A stretch of DNA of 64,000 bases from a virus (lineage: Duplodnaviria > Caudoviricetes), in IMG/VR virus record IMGVR_UViG_3300032312_000528, positions 3,370 through 67,369 of that record. One strand, given 5' to 3'. Numbering within the stretch: the first letter of the stretch is position 1; the number at the start of each line of letters is the position of its first letter. This document shows, piece by piece, positions 32,640-42,081 of the stretch. The position numbers and the translations under genes were made by a program. Under the pieces are notes generated by a model. It saw only the letters and a program-made list of their open reading frames with translations. It was not told the origin of the DNA and did not search any database.

Positions 32640-32830
32640 TCGAGTATATGCATAGGTGTCCCATTATCCGTGAAGGAGTAGAACGGGAAACTGTTCAGCT
32701 ATTTATGCACTTCCGACCGTGTCCAATTCTTATGTATTCTCTAGTTTAACCTAGAATGGATGTTGCGTTTACTGATTTAGAACCTTTCGGCTTCACGGGC
32801 CTGTTGTCAGGTAGGACAGAGCAGGACTTG
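32640..32830 (-). ncRNA. Candidate structured non-coding RNA with pseudoknot
   Basis: No ORF; helices CCTG-ACAA-CAGG, AGCC-GAAA-GGTT, TTCTAG/CTAGAGAA, TCCCGTT/AATGGGA, TGCATA/TATGCA and 8-bp long-range CCGTGAAG/CTTCACGG. Confidence 0.45.
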
Positions 32831-32925
32831 TTAAATCAATATCATAAATAACAGTTTTTTTAAAGGCTACGGTTCACAAGTTTTTGGTAAGGTACTAGAT
32901 ATCAACCCACTTTTGACAATAAAAA

Positions 32926-33018
32926 AACCCCAAGTAGCGGAATTACTTAGGGCTTTCTAAATGGTTGTAACGGATTACTCCCATCAAAAGAACTTTATAT
33001 TGTAATTCCGCTACAATA
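32926..33018 (-). promoter_or_regulatory. Attenuator-like leader: hairpin plus terminator with complementary 7-nt loops
   Basis: TATTGTA-GCGGAAT-TACAATA and AAGCCCTAAGTA-ATTCCGC-TACTTGGGGTT-U7; 13-codon uORF at 32984-32943. Confidence 0.65.
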
Positions 33019-33086
33019 ATCTGATACAAAATAACACAATAGTTTTCATATATGCAAGAAAAATATTCCGTATCGCAATATAAAAT

Positions 33087-33165
33087 AAAAAAAACCCAAG
33101 CAGTGACATTGCTTGGGAATTTTTAACTAAATACAAATGTTTAATTTTGTAAGACTGCAAATATA
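33087..33165 (-). ncRNA. Short promoter-terminator unit (~70-nt sRNA candidate)
   Basis: TATATTTG at 33165-33158, then an 8-bp stem terminator CCCAAGCA/TGCTTGGG plus U8; no ORF. Confidence 0.5.
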
Positions 33166-33196
33166 AACCTAAAAGTTTATATTAACAAAATAAATA

Positions 33197-35668
33197 TTAT
33201 TGTATAGGTTGTTGACCTTGCTGTTCTTTCTGCATCATTTGTTGCTCAAGAGCAGCTTGTTGTTGAGCCTGTTCCATTTGTTGTTCCTTTTGCTTCTGCA
33301 TCATGTCGTGCTCGTGCTGCATATCAATTGCTCTTAATGTAGACTGTGTGTCAACCTGCATTCCTTGAGTTAATCTAATCTCAGCCATCTTGTACTCGTG
33401 CTGCTCGCCTAAAGTTATACGCTTCTCCTCATTCTCAAGTTTGATTTTCTCCATCTCCAGTGCAAACAACGCTTGATCCTGCTCGCCTTTTTGTTGTTGT
33501 AGCATTTGATTCTGTTGACCCTGTTGCTCTATAGCCATCATTTTCTCCTGGTCTTGTTTAGCCATCATCTGTTGTTCCTTGTTGGCAATGTAAGCCCTGG
33601 CCATCTTGGTCATACCTTTAGATATGAAGTCCTGTACCATCAAGTAGTCTGAGTAACCTAACAGTGGAACACCTTGTCTGCCTACGCGCATACTTTCAAG
33701 TGCTGCGTTTAAGATAGCCTGTTTTTCTTCTGCATTTGGTCTGGCCTCTATACGAATACCAAACATCGAGTTGTTTATCTCGGATCCAATCTTTAATGTT
33801 TGAGTAATAGACGATCCAAGAGCTTTGTAGTAACTCAACTCGTAAAAGTCATTGTATTTAACTAACAATTGTATCCTTAGTGCCACGTTTCTGTACGCTC
33901 TCTCCTTAATTGTTACATAGGCAGAGTACATTGGCTTTAGTGTGTTGGAAGTTGCCTGTAAAGACATTTCTGAAACACCTACCAACTGTCCACTTGTAGG
34001 AGAACTAGCATCTGCAACACTGTTAATGCCTATTATCTGGCGTATCATGTTAATGTCGCTGTCTATTAACATCAAAAACTCCTGCCCCTGGTTACCAAGT
34101 CCGCCTTGCAACTCCTGAATAGGTTTGTAGTTTGTCTGTGATGGCATATAAGTTCTGTGTGTTGTAGCCTGGTACAATATATCACCCGTTTGGTTTCTTA
34201 TTTTAAGGACCTCTAGAGGGGTTAACTTGTTGTTGCCTATACTCACGTTCAACAACGATCCGTACTCAATTGCTAGACCGTTAGGTGCAGCCTTAGCCTT
34301 GGCGTTCTGTAACTTTAACCATGACAACTGAATGCTATCTAATAAAGGTATCATTCTTTTAATCATGCTGCCAGATTTCATCTTGTATGCGTGGAAACTT
34401 AGGTTAGCCTCAGATGGGGTTGGTCTAGGAATGTCAAACTGGTGACCGTAGTCCCACGCGTATTCTGTTCCAACTATCCATTTACATTTATAAACCATTA
34501 AGGTCTTGCTGATAGTAGTTTTTCTCTTGTCTCCCGTTCTTACCTTGCCAAACTCGTCCCTGTGTACAACAGTTTCGCCTTTAGAGTTAACTCTCTCTGT
34601 GGTGTACTTAAAATCGTCTGACTTGTACTCACAATCTAGAACGCAAACTCTAAATGTGTCGTACTCGTATCTACCAAACTGGTCAATGTACCAGTTGTTA
34701 ATAATCGCAGGGTTGTTGTAGTGGTTGATTGACTTCTGCGCTATCTCTACCAACTCCTCCTCTGTGAATTGAGGCGTTCCGTCTGGTTTGTTTAGTGCTC
34801 TAATTTCTGCAATGGTGTAAAATATGTACTCACCTGCAAACGGCATATTCTTAAACTCTGACTGGTGAACGTATGGTATAACGCACAGCGCAGGGTCACA
34901 GTATCTTACCTTTACCTTTTGGGTCATTGGGTCTAAGAAGTCTTTGGTAACAGCAACTCCTAATTCGTACAGGTCTTCAAATATTTTTCTTTTTACTTCC
35001 TTCCACTCTGATATAAATGACGTGTAACGTAGAGCCTCCTCGATTGATATTTCGCTCTTAAGCTTGAACCCACCCATAGCCGAGAACATTTGCAGCTCTT
35101 GGATTGTTTCTGGAACATAACCCTCTTTACGAAGCTTGATGTCTACAGCTTTCTCCATCTCTATCATGTAGTCCTCCATCTCACGCTCCATCCACAACAT
35201 CCACTTTGCCTGTTCCCTCTCAGCGCTAGACTTCTCGTCTACACCGTCAGCATAAATGTCGTGGTCTATCTCCTCAAATGTTCCAAGGATTACGTTCTTA
35301 AAGTTTGGCGCAACAGACAGTATCTCCCAGTTAATGTTCATGTAACCTTGTCTAACAAAGTCAGACGGTTGTTGAACTGGACTGCTGGTTGACACGGCCC
35401 CTGTTGGAACTGTTGGTGTTGGACGTTTGGTTATCCCTAGCCAGTCCATGTACTGGAGTTTGTCCTGGTTACCTGCGCCGTACGAACGGTATCTTGCAAA
35501 CAAGTCAACGTCGGAATAGTTTATACCCGTCAAGTTGTTCCTGTACAACGAATGTATTGCCTGGCAGTACTGCACGTTCCAGTCTTTCTTTAGTTTTATA
35601 GCAGGATCTACGCTATGTGACGGGAAGTTATATGCCCCGGTTGTACTATTGTTGTTAAAATTCTCCAT
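33197..35668 (-). CDS. Portal protein (crAss-like, 823 aa)
   Basis: INWEIL, CDPALCV and SMIKRMIPLLDSIQLSWLKLQ motifs; directly after the terminase. Confidence 0.88.
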   Translation of the reverse strand: MENFNNNSTTGAYNFPSHSVDPAIKLKKDWNVQYCQAIHSLYRNNLTGINYSDVDLFARYRSYGAGNQDKLQYMDWLGITKRPTPTVPTGAVSTSSPVQQPSDFVRQGYMNINWEILSVAPNFKNVILGTFEEIDHDIYADGVDEKSSAEREQAKWMLWMEREMEDYMIEMEKAVDIKLRKEGYVPETIQELQMFSAMGGFKLKSEISIEEALRYTSFISEWKEVKRKIFEDLYELGVAVTKDFLDPMTQKVKVRYCDPALCVIPYVHQSEFKNMPFAGEYIFYTIAEIRALNKPDGTPQFTEEELVEIAQKSINHYNNPAIINNWYIDQFGRYEYDTFRVCVLDCEYKSDDFKYTTERVNSKGETVVHRDEFGKVRTGDKRKTTISKTLMVYKCKWIVGTEYAWDYGHQFDIPRPTPSEANLSFHAYKMKSGSMIKRMIPLLDSIQLSWLKLQNAKAKAAPNGLAIEYGSLLNVSIGNNKLTPLEVLKIRNQTGDILYQATTHRTYMPSQTNYKPIQELQGGLGNQGQEFLMLIDSDINMIRQIIGINSVADASSPTSGQLVGVSEMSLQATSNTLKPMYSAYVTIKERAYRNVALRIQLLVKYNDFYELSYYKALGSSITQTLKIGSEINNSMFGIRIEARPNAEEKQAILNAALESMRVGRQGVPLLGYSDYLMVQDFISKGMTKMARAYIANKEQQMMAKQDQEKMMAIEQQGQQNQMLQQQKGEQDQALFALEMEKIKLENEEKRITLGEQHEYKMAEIRLTQGMQVDTQSTLRAIDMQHEHDMMQKQKEQQMEQAQQQAALEQQMMQKEQQGQQPIQ

Positions 35669-37848
35669 TAGTAATTAAATGTCTCTACAAAGGTATAGTT
35701 AATTTCAATATCTTGTTTTTGTTGCTTTTGTATATCGGGAAGGTAGTGGCTTATGCCTAGCATTGCGTATCCCCCTGCGGTGAACATATCAAAGTTCGTC
35801 ATATCGTCCACTCCCTTAATGTCTCTTACCTCCATTAGTAGCTGTGCGTGCTTTTCTTTCATGACGTGCCTCTCTATGTAGGTCTGGTACAGCTGGAATA
35901 TTTTTTGTTTAACTTTTTCTGTGGTATCACCACCTGCAATCATGTCGTGCTTACCTTTCTCTTGTCTGTGAATTAGCATAGCCCCGTAGCCGTTCTCTTC
36001 GAAGTGCTCCCTAACGAATGGCACGTTTGTTTCCGGGAACATTGGACACCCCCAGTACACGCACATTTTTATCATGTCGTCCCCGTACTCTGGTTTGGTG
36101 TCTGGTCTGTACGAATATGTACAAACAAACCTGTTGCTCTGCCACTCCTCGAATGGTTTCTCAAATGGGTCCAACATGATGTCGTGACCCCAAAACACAG
36201 CCCCTGCACCATTGGATCTTTTCTTACCCTTGGTTGTGTTGGCTTTGAATGGATCCGCGCCTGCACAGAATTGTACATTGTCAGCTACAAATGACTCTAT
36301 GTTAGAGTCCCATGTAACCCTGTTGGCCTTATCAGCTGCAAGTTGGTAGGACATCTCAAACCTTCCGTTCTCGTGTGGCTCAAACTTAACGCCACTCTGG
36401 TACGGTGTGCCTATCCACTCGAAGTTACCCTTAACCGTCCCTGTTGGGTCGCTTGATATCTCGTCTAGCCTGTCCTCTATCTTGGAAATGTTAAAGAATG
36501 GATCCTTTGAATTTGACCTGAAGCAACCCCTGTATGTAGTCGGGTGTTCACGCTGGAACTGTAGTAGTTTATCCTTTTTTGGTAAAGTTTTTAGGTAGTC
36601 TATTGTGTTTAGGATGTGCTCCTTGGCCCCAACTGTTCCCCTTATGTCTATAGCCTGCTGTTCTGTTGGCGTGTCTATTACACTGTTGCCGTACCTGTCG
36701 ATGTATCCCTCCAATCCGTCCCATGTTGGGGTAAATAGAACGTATAGCCCTGTAGCAGTCTGTCCGTTTGCGCTTCGTTTCCCAAATTGGGAATTTTCGC
36801 ACAGCTCTCTAAACTGCTCACCACCACCTAGCTCCATTTCACCCACCGTGGAGGTGTGAATACTGAACCCGTGTATCTTTGTGCCGGCACCAGTTGATAG
36901 ACACAGCTGTGCAACCTCCCACCTCTTGTTAATGTCTACGTTCACAGCCTTACCTACCTCCTCGTGGTGGTAGAAATACAGTTTTGTTCCGTCATAGGCT
37001 GTCTCTATAGAGGATCTGAAACTTATCTCGCTTCCTAGTGACTTATTTGACTTGTACTTGATGCCTGCCTTGCCCCTGGACGATGATGCTCTAAATGCTA
37101 AGAGTGCTTTTGGGTCATCGCCACCGTTGTGGTTAGGTTTGAAGAAGAATGGCATACTACGCCACGGGTCTATGATGTGTTTTTGAAATACGTCCTTACC
37201 TGAGTCGTCTGTCATGGACTGGATACCACCACGGGCCTTGATTAGTAGGGTTATTATACAGTAGTGGATGCAACTTGTCTTATAAGTCGCCCCCTCACGC
37301 CTGTGTTTAGGGTAAACAAACCCGTAACACTTCGGATCATTGTGGCAGTACCTTGCGAAGTGGAAGAAACGCCTATCCCTGTCACGATATTCTGGCAATC
37401 CGTGGTCTAACTCGAAGTAGTTTAGGTAAACATAGTGCCAACCGTCAATATATGTAGGGACTCCGTTGTTAAAAAACCAGTACCCCTCCAGTCTGCGCTT
37501 CCATTCCCTCTTTATAAACTTGATTTCCTCCTTATAATACTCTGGTTGCTCCTCCATTCTGCCCCATATCTCGTCTTGGGTTAGGTAGTAACCGTCCTCG
37601 TCTTGAGTTTGCTGTAATTCTAGTATTTTTGATGGAACAATTGTCCTGCGAAACCTTTGATCCTGCGCTAATTCGCCAAAACCATCAATTTTAGGTAGAT
37701 TTGGCGGACTTGGTAGGGTAACCCTTATCGTGTCAAGGTCCTTATCCTCCTCGTTGAAGTCAATATACTCCTGCGCAGGCCTGTAAGACTCAAGTACTTT
37801 AGCCTTGACTCCCCACTTCTTTGCGTTTTTTACTATATCAATATCCAT
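35668..37848 (-). CDS. terL: Terminase large subunit
   Basis: Walker A-like PKHRREGATYKT, HEEVGK, STVGEM, C-terminal nuclease GADPF...ETN..D. Confidence 0.92.
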   Translation of the reverse strand: MDIDIVKNAKKWGVKAKVLESYRPAQEYIDFNEEDKDLDTIRVTLPSPPNLPKIDGFGELAQDQRFRRTIVPSKILELQQTQDEDGYYLTQDEIWGRMEEQPEYYKEEIKFIKREWKRRLEGYWFFNNGVPTYIDGWHYVYLNYFELDHGLPEYRDRDRRFFHFARYCHNDPKCYGFVYPKHRREGATYKTSCIHYCIITLLIKARGGIQSMTDDSGKDVFQKHIIDPWRSMPFFFKPNHNGGDDPKALLAFRASSSRGKAGIKYKSNKSLGSEISFRSSIETAYDGTKLYFYHHEEVGKAVNVDINKRWEVAQLCLSTGAGTKIHGFSIHTSTVGEMELGGGEQFRELCENSQFGKRSANGQTATGLYVLFTPTWDGLEGYIDRYGNSVIDTPTEQQAIDIRGTVGAKEHILNTIDYLKTLPKKDKLLQFQREHPTTYRGCFRSNSKDPFFNISKIEDRLDEISSDPTGTVKGNFEWIGTPYQSGVKFEPHENGRFEMSYQLAADKANRVTWDSNIESFVADNVQFCAGADPFKANTTKGKKRSNGAGAVFWGHDIMLDPFEKPFEEWQSNRFVCTYSYRPDTKPEYGDDMIKMCVYWGCPMFPETNVPFVREHFEENGYGAMLIHRQEKGKHDMIAGGDTTEKVKQKIFQLYQTYIERHVMKEKHAQLLMEVRDIKGVDDMTNFDMFTAGGYAMLGISHYLPDIQKQQKQDIEINYTFVETFNY

Positions 37849-38476
37849 CCTCGTCGTCTGTTATAGATTCTGCGATCCCTTTCTCTCTTATGTCCTGTGC
37901 AATGTCCTCTGGAGACAAACGAAGCTTGTCGCTGTTGATAGATTTGTACAGGGACTTTAGTAAACCCTTGTCCTGGTCGTGCTCTAGGATGTCGTTGATG
38001 GCTACCTCGTACGCAACCTTAGTCTTCTCAAGGTCTGTAATTTTAGCTGACTGTCCAAGCAGAACGTCCTTCAGAATTTGGTAGTACATTGTTTCCAGTA
38101 GCACAACGTGAGAGTAACCTACGTTACAGTGCAGTTTTACGAACGCTACAATCATGTCAGCCACGTTAGGGCTTCTGCCCTGTAGCACGTCCTCTACCTC
38201 TGGGGCAAATGTCTTGCCCTCCAGGCCGTACCCTGCGTCAATAATTGCACGTACTTTTCTTTGCGTGATGTCCTTGTACTTAACCCTGTAGGGCGAGTTC
38301 TTGTCATACACATATGCTATGTATTTGATAATCTTATTGTTATCTAAATTCTTTAGCTTTTTTTCAAACTCTGAGTAGAGCCTAAGTTCTGGGAATTGTG
38401 TTAAAAAACTTACGCTTTCGTCAGCTGCGTAAACATTAAACATCATTCGTTTGAAGTCGTCGGGAGTAAATTCCAT
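37838..38476 (-). CDS. Conserved protein upstream of terL (possible small terminase/packaging factor)
   Basis: Synteny; IKYIAYVYDKNSPY motif. Confidence 0.5.
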   Translation of the reverse strand: MEFTPDDFKRMMFNVYAADESVSFLTQFPELRLYSEFEKKLKNLDNNKIIKYIAYVYDKNSPYRVKYKDITQRKVRAIIDAGYGLEGKTFAPEVEDVLQGRSPNVADMIVAFVKLHCNVGYSHVVLLETMYYQILKDVLLGQSAKITDLEKTKVAYEVAINDILEHDQDKGLLKSLYKSINSDKLRLSPEDIAQDIREKGIAESITDDEDGY

Positions 38477-38486
38477 TATTGCAAAG

Positions 38487-39047
38487 TTACGATTTATTTT
38501 TTATCTTGGTTCTGGTTGAGGTCATTGACATAGGTCTTGAGTTTTCCTGGATCCTTTTAACTACAAACTCCGGTATGGTCAGCTCGGTCTCGTTGTTCAT
38601 TACAACCTTGCCGTTTGGGTACTCGTAGTTTAGGGTGAATACTATCTTGGTGTCCTGGAACTCGTACTTTGTTATGCAGTAAGCCTCTGTCGATTTTATT
38701 AGTATGTGGTCGAAGTCTATCTCGATACGATTAGATACGCAAATATCCGTAAGCAGATACGCTGATAGTTTCCTAATAGAAAACAATTTGAAGTCTGTGC
38801 GTATGTTTATCCTGGCCTTGTTGTGTCTGAGCACCTCCTTCATTGTAGCCCGGCTAACTATTGGGGCCCTTATCTTGGCTAGCTCTCTTAAAACTAATAC
38901 TCTCTTCCTGCACTGGTAGTATGGTGTGCCGCAGTGGTTGTACTGCCAGCCCTTGTCGTAACCTACACTTGCAGCAAAGTCATGCAGCTCCTTGAACCCA
39001 TCGGCAGGGTTATCGCTGGCAAAGATATATAGGTCTGTGTAGATCAT
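38487..39047 (-). CDS. Hypothetical protein with DUF4031-like N-terminus
   Basis: ELHDFAASVG...W...PYY pattern. Confidence 0.45.
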   Translation of the reverse strand: MIYTDLYIFASDNPADGFKELHDFAASVGYDKGWQYNHCGTPYYQCRKRVLVLRELAKIRAPIVSRATMKEVLRHNKARINIRTDFKLFSIRKLSAYLLTDICVSNRIEIDFDHILIKSTEAYCITKYEFQDTKIVFTLNYEYPNGKVVMNNETELTIPEFVVKRIQENSRPMSMTSTRTKIKNKS

Positions 39048-39083
39048 AAAAAAGAGGGTTTGACGTTCACACCCACAACGATA

Positions 39084-39509
39084 TCATCCCCTCATGTACT
39101 CGTTTATTATCTTGACCGCCATGTCCAGGCTCCAGCAGAACTCGGCCTTATAACCTAATCCTCTTAAGTTTCTTAGTGCTCTGTCTTGTTCCTCAAGGTG
39201 GTCGTATACTTCGGTAACTACACCGTTTGTCTTTACCTTTACTATCTGCTTCTTTAGTGTGCCGTCCTGTTTGTATGGAGAGACTTGTTTAAGCTCTAGG
39301 AACAGTCCACTGTAACCATTGTTTGGCTTAAATATTATCAAATCAGGACAAGAAAAATTTTTTTTCTGGATTGATTTATTTCTAACTCTTTGAGGAATAG
39401 TTAAATTAATATTTGATATTGCGTCCGACAAGAATGGCACGTCCGTGTACTGCATTTCCAGGAACTTGCATATGGCAGCCTGTAGTTTAAACTCTGTGTG
39501 TGTTGCCAT
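39084..39509 (-). CDS. VRR-NUC family nuclease
   Basis: EFKLQ...PDL...GLFLELK...EQ..LRGLGY. Confidence 0.85.
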   Translation of the reverse strand: MATHTEFKLQAAICKFLEMQYTDVPFLSDAISNINLTIPQRVRNKSIQKKNFSCPDLIIFKPNNGYSGLFLELKQVSPYKQDGTLKKQIVKVKTNGVVTEVYDHLEEQDRALRNLRGLGYKAEFCWSLDMAVKIINEYMRG

Positions 39510-39673
39510 TAGTATACTTTGTATTTATATTTTCTTAGCTGTAGCTTGCACCCAAACAGCAGCCACTTGAATCCTATGTAGTAAATCTTTAAGCTCTTGT
39601 TTCCATATAAGTAAACACTTGGAGTGAGGTAGAACTCCCCTATCATAAAATCTTTAGTGATCTGGATGTGCAT
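39509..39673 (-). CDS. Small hypothetical protein (54 aa, MHIQITKDF...)
   Basis: Manually found ORF filling the gap; stop overlaps the next ATG (TAATG). Confidence 0.55.
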   Translation of the reverse strand: MHIQITKDFMIGEFYLTPSVYLYGNKSLKIYYIGFKWLLFGCKLQLRKYKYKVY

Positions 39674-39727
39674 TATGTATGATATACTTTACGTTGTGTG
39701 TTATTTTATGCCCTTATGTGTGGTTTA

Positions 39728-40543
39728 TCAGACATCTAGTATGGCGTGGATTAGGCAACTTTGCAGTCTCCAGTAAGCCTCGTTGCCGTTAAATGTCTTG
39801 TGATCGTCTGCCTCTAGTGGCACGTCAATACTCTTGTCTACCAGTGCCATGTCTCCTGGATCAACAAACTGGTCGTAGTATACACCGTTAAGGTACTCCT
39901 TGTTTGGCTTACCTGCGTAGCATATCCTGACCTTCTTCTTGTTGGCCTTGGTCATGCTCGCAGGCAGCTCAATGTATTGTGACTTTAACTCTTTCTCAAT
40001 AGGCTGTACTAAGATATAACCGTTTAGCATAACCACGTTGTATATCTCCTTGTCGTTCATAACGATGCCGTGCTGCTGTTTCCAGTCTTCTGTGATGTAC
40101 TTTGTTTTGCTTGACTTGTAGCTCTTCCAGAACACGTCCTCCTCTGTAGGGGTCCAACGTCTTTTGGCTAGGTATATGTACTGGTACGGGCAAAAGAAGT
40201 ATTCATCACCGTCAAGTGTGAACGCCCTCTTGTCGTCGCCGAATGCATTGACATAGGCTAGGTAGTGAATGATAACCTCGTCCCCTACGCGCAGATCCAT
40301 GTCTGTCTTCCAGTCCATAGACTCCTGCTTCTGAATGTACTTGCCGGTTCTAGGGTTAATATCCGTGGTGAATCCATATACCAATCTGTCTGGAACGGCA
40401 ACAACCTCGCACACTACGTCCGAGTGTTTCTCTTTGGCAAATGATGTGTCTAGGTAGAGGATCTGTCCACCCTCCAGTTTTATCTTTGAGTTGTCTACCT
40501 TGGCTTTTAGTAGGACGAAATTATTTAACGGTTTAACTTGCAT
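39728..40543 (-). CDS. Tandem GroES-like co-chaperonin (271 aa)
   Basis: Two units: VKPLNNFVLLK..VVAVP..LRVGDEVI..DGDEY and MLNGYILVQP..YAGKP..VDPGD..NGNEAY. Confidence 0.7.
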   Translation of the reverse strand: MQVKPLNNFVLLKAKVDNSKIKLEGGQILYLDTSFAKEKHSDVVCEVVAVPDRLVYGFTTDINPRTGKYIQKQESMDWKTDMDLRVGDEVIIHYLAYVNAFGDDKRAFTLDGDEYFFCPYQYIYLAKRRWTPTEEDVFWKSYKSSKTKYITEDWKQQHGIVMNDKEIYNVVMLNGYILVQPIEKELKSQYIELPASMTKANKKKVRICYAGKPNKEYLNGVYYDQFVDPGDMALVDKSIDVPLEADDHKTFNGNEAYWRLQSCLIHAILDV

Positions 40544-40844
40544 TTTCAATTGGTTTGTATTCTTCGTAGAAGTATGTGTCCGGGAGCTTGATAAACTTCC
40601 ACTTGTTAATCCTGTTTAGTTTGGCAACCTCATCCTTGTACTGGGTGTTCCTCTCTGTGAACGCTTCGTGGTAGTCCCTGTCTCTAACAAATAGGTCGGT
40701 CAGAAACTCTGCGTCTATCGGGAACAGTTCGCGTATAACCTTGTCTGTCTCAAAGGTAAACTTGCGCTTCTCCTCCCTGTTCATAGGTCTAACTATAATA
40801 GTATAGTAAGGATCTATTGGGTGTAGTGTTGGTTTAAGATCCAT
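40533..40844 (-). CDS. Hypothetical protein (103 aa)
   Basis: ORF in a tightly packed operon. Confidence 0.6.
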   Translation of the reverse strand: MDLKPTLHPIDPYYTIIVRPMNREEKRKFTFETDKVIRELFPIDAEFLTDLFVRDRDYHEAFTERNTQYKDEVAKLNRINKWKFIKLPDTYFYEEYKPIENAS

Positions 40845-41088
40845 ATGTTTCGTTATAATATTGGTCTGCGTCTTCGTGCATTGAGATTTGATAATCTAAA
40901 AAACCATTATCCCAACCATTTTTTATTTGCTCTTTCTCCATTGCTTTGGCTTCAATACACCATTTTTTAATAGTTTCTATTGAACAAAATTCAGTTGGTT
41001 TAACATTGTTTATTTTTTGAATAATAGATTCGACTGCGGTGACCATTTTGTTGGCTTCAACGATATGGTCTGTTTGTTTGTCGTTCAT
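40834..41088 (-). CDS. Hypothetical protein (84 aa)
   Basis: TAVE...AKAMEKEQI...ADQYYNETY, a common small protein type of Bacteroidota phages. Confidence 0.65.
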   Translation of the reverse strand: MNDKQTDHIVEANKMVTAVESIIQKINNVKPTEFCSIETIKKWCIEAKAMEKEQIKNGWDNGFLDYQISMHEDADQYYNETYGS

Positions 41089-41180
41089 ATGTCTTTATCA
41101 AAAGTTCCTTGCTTGTAAAGGTAAATTGCTATAAGTATTATAGCTGCTGTGCTAAGTGTTAAAAATATTGTTACTTCCAT
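41085..41180 (-). CDS. Small membrane peptide (31 aa)
   Basis: MEVTIFLTLSTAAIILIAIYLYKQ...; coupled on both sides. Confidence 0.5.
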   Translation of the reverse strand: MEVTIFLTLSTAAIILIAIYLYKQGTFDKDI

Positions 41181-41392
41181 TAGTCCATGTTGTGCTCTGA
41201 TGGTTCTTCGGTTATTGGGTTAATAAATCTTGCGTGAGTAACAATATAGGTTGTTGGAACTTCTGCCACAGGATCCTTTTCAAGATAGTAGAACATAACC
41301 CCATTTACTAAAGTTTGTGTGTCCCATATAAATTGAATGGGAACTCTGTTTGGTTGCAGAGTGTGTACGGTTGCTGAATATTTTTGTTTCAT
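41180..41392 (-). CDS. Hypothetical protein (70 aa)
   Basis: Coupled ORF. Confidence 0.55.
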   Translation of the reverse strand: MKQKYSATVHTLQPNRVPIQFIWDTQTLVNGVMFYYLEKDPVAEVPTTYIVTHARFINPITEEPSEHNMD

Positions 41393-42027
41393 TTTATTTC
41401 GTTTATATCGTAGTAGAAGGAGTTGTTGTTAGCACTTACCCACCTGTCGCTTTTGGACTCAACACACTCCAGCACGGTGTCAACCTTAAACTCTTTTGGG
41501 TTTACAGGGAAGTCGTTAGTAATAAAGTTTGAGTCCTTCCAGAATATTCTATTGTTAGGCTGGCACATAAGGTAACCATCGTCTGCCAGTAGGATGTGTC
41601 CGCACTTGTAGTCGGTAGGCTCGTCTGAGTAAGGGTTACTAAACCAGTCCACTGTGAACAGGTATGTTGCCCAGGCGAATGACTTGTCCTTAAGTATAAC
41701 CTTGCACCTCTTCTCTGCAAGGTACAGGTACTCTATAGCGCTGACATTCTCACTGAAGCAGTCCCACAATTGTTTGTGGTCGGAAGGTATGTCGTTCTTT
41801 GGCTCCTTCTCGAACAGCTCAGAGATGGGCACTCTGCTCCTTAGCATACCGTAGTCAGTCATAATGTGGAAGGTCAGTATCTTCCCGGCTATGCTCTGTA
41901 TTGCGAATGCATAACAGTTATCAAATGTAAGTCTGTCCGCCTCGTTCTTGGTCAACCAGCTCCTTCTAACCTTTAGCTTTAGGTTGGGTATGTTAGTGTT
42001 TAGTACGTTTGATTCGTTTGTTGTCAT
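41389..42027 (-). CDS. Conserved aquatic-phage protein (212 aa)
   Basis: GMLRSRVPI..QLWDCFS..HKCGH-like..QPNNRI pattern seen in aquatic phages. Confidence 0.65.
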   Translation of the reverse strand: MTTNESNVLNTNIPNLKLKVRRSWLTKNEADRLTFDNCYAFAIQSIAGKILTFHIMTDYGMLRSRVPISELFEKEPKNDIPSDHKQLWDCFSENVSAIEYLYLAEKRCKVILKDKSFAWATYLFTVDWFSNPYSDEPTDYKCGHILLADDGYLMCQPNNRIFWKDSNFITNDFPVNPKEFKVDTVLECVESKSDRWVSANNNSFYYDINEIK

Positions 42028-42081
42028 CTCTCTGTTTATTTGTATTTATGCGTCACGATTATTTTAAAAATTGTGACACTT

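Noticed and set aside
32640-32830. Group I/II intron, RNase P or tmRNA identity for the structured region
   Set aside because: No P7 R/S elements, domain V, RNase P conserved regions or tRNA-like ends were found, and it does not interrupt a gene.
245-37000. Many plus-strand ORFs of 60-180 aa opposite the structural genes (e.g. 9913-10395, 13276-13818)
   Set aside because: They are antisense shadows of long minus-strand genes: hydrophobic Ser/Phe/Leu-rich translations without promoters or initiation regions.
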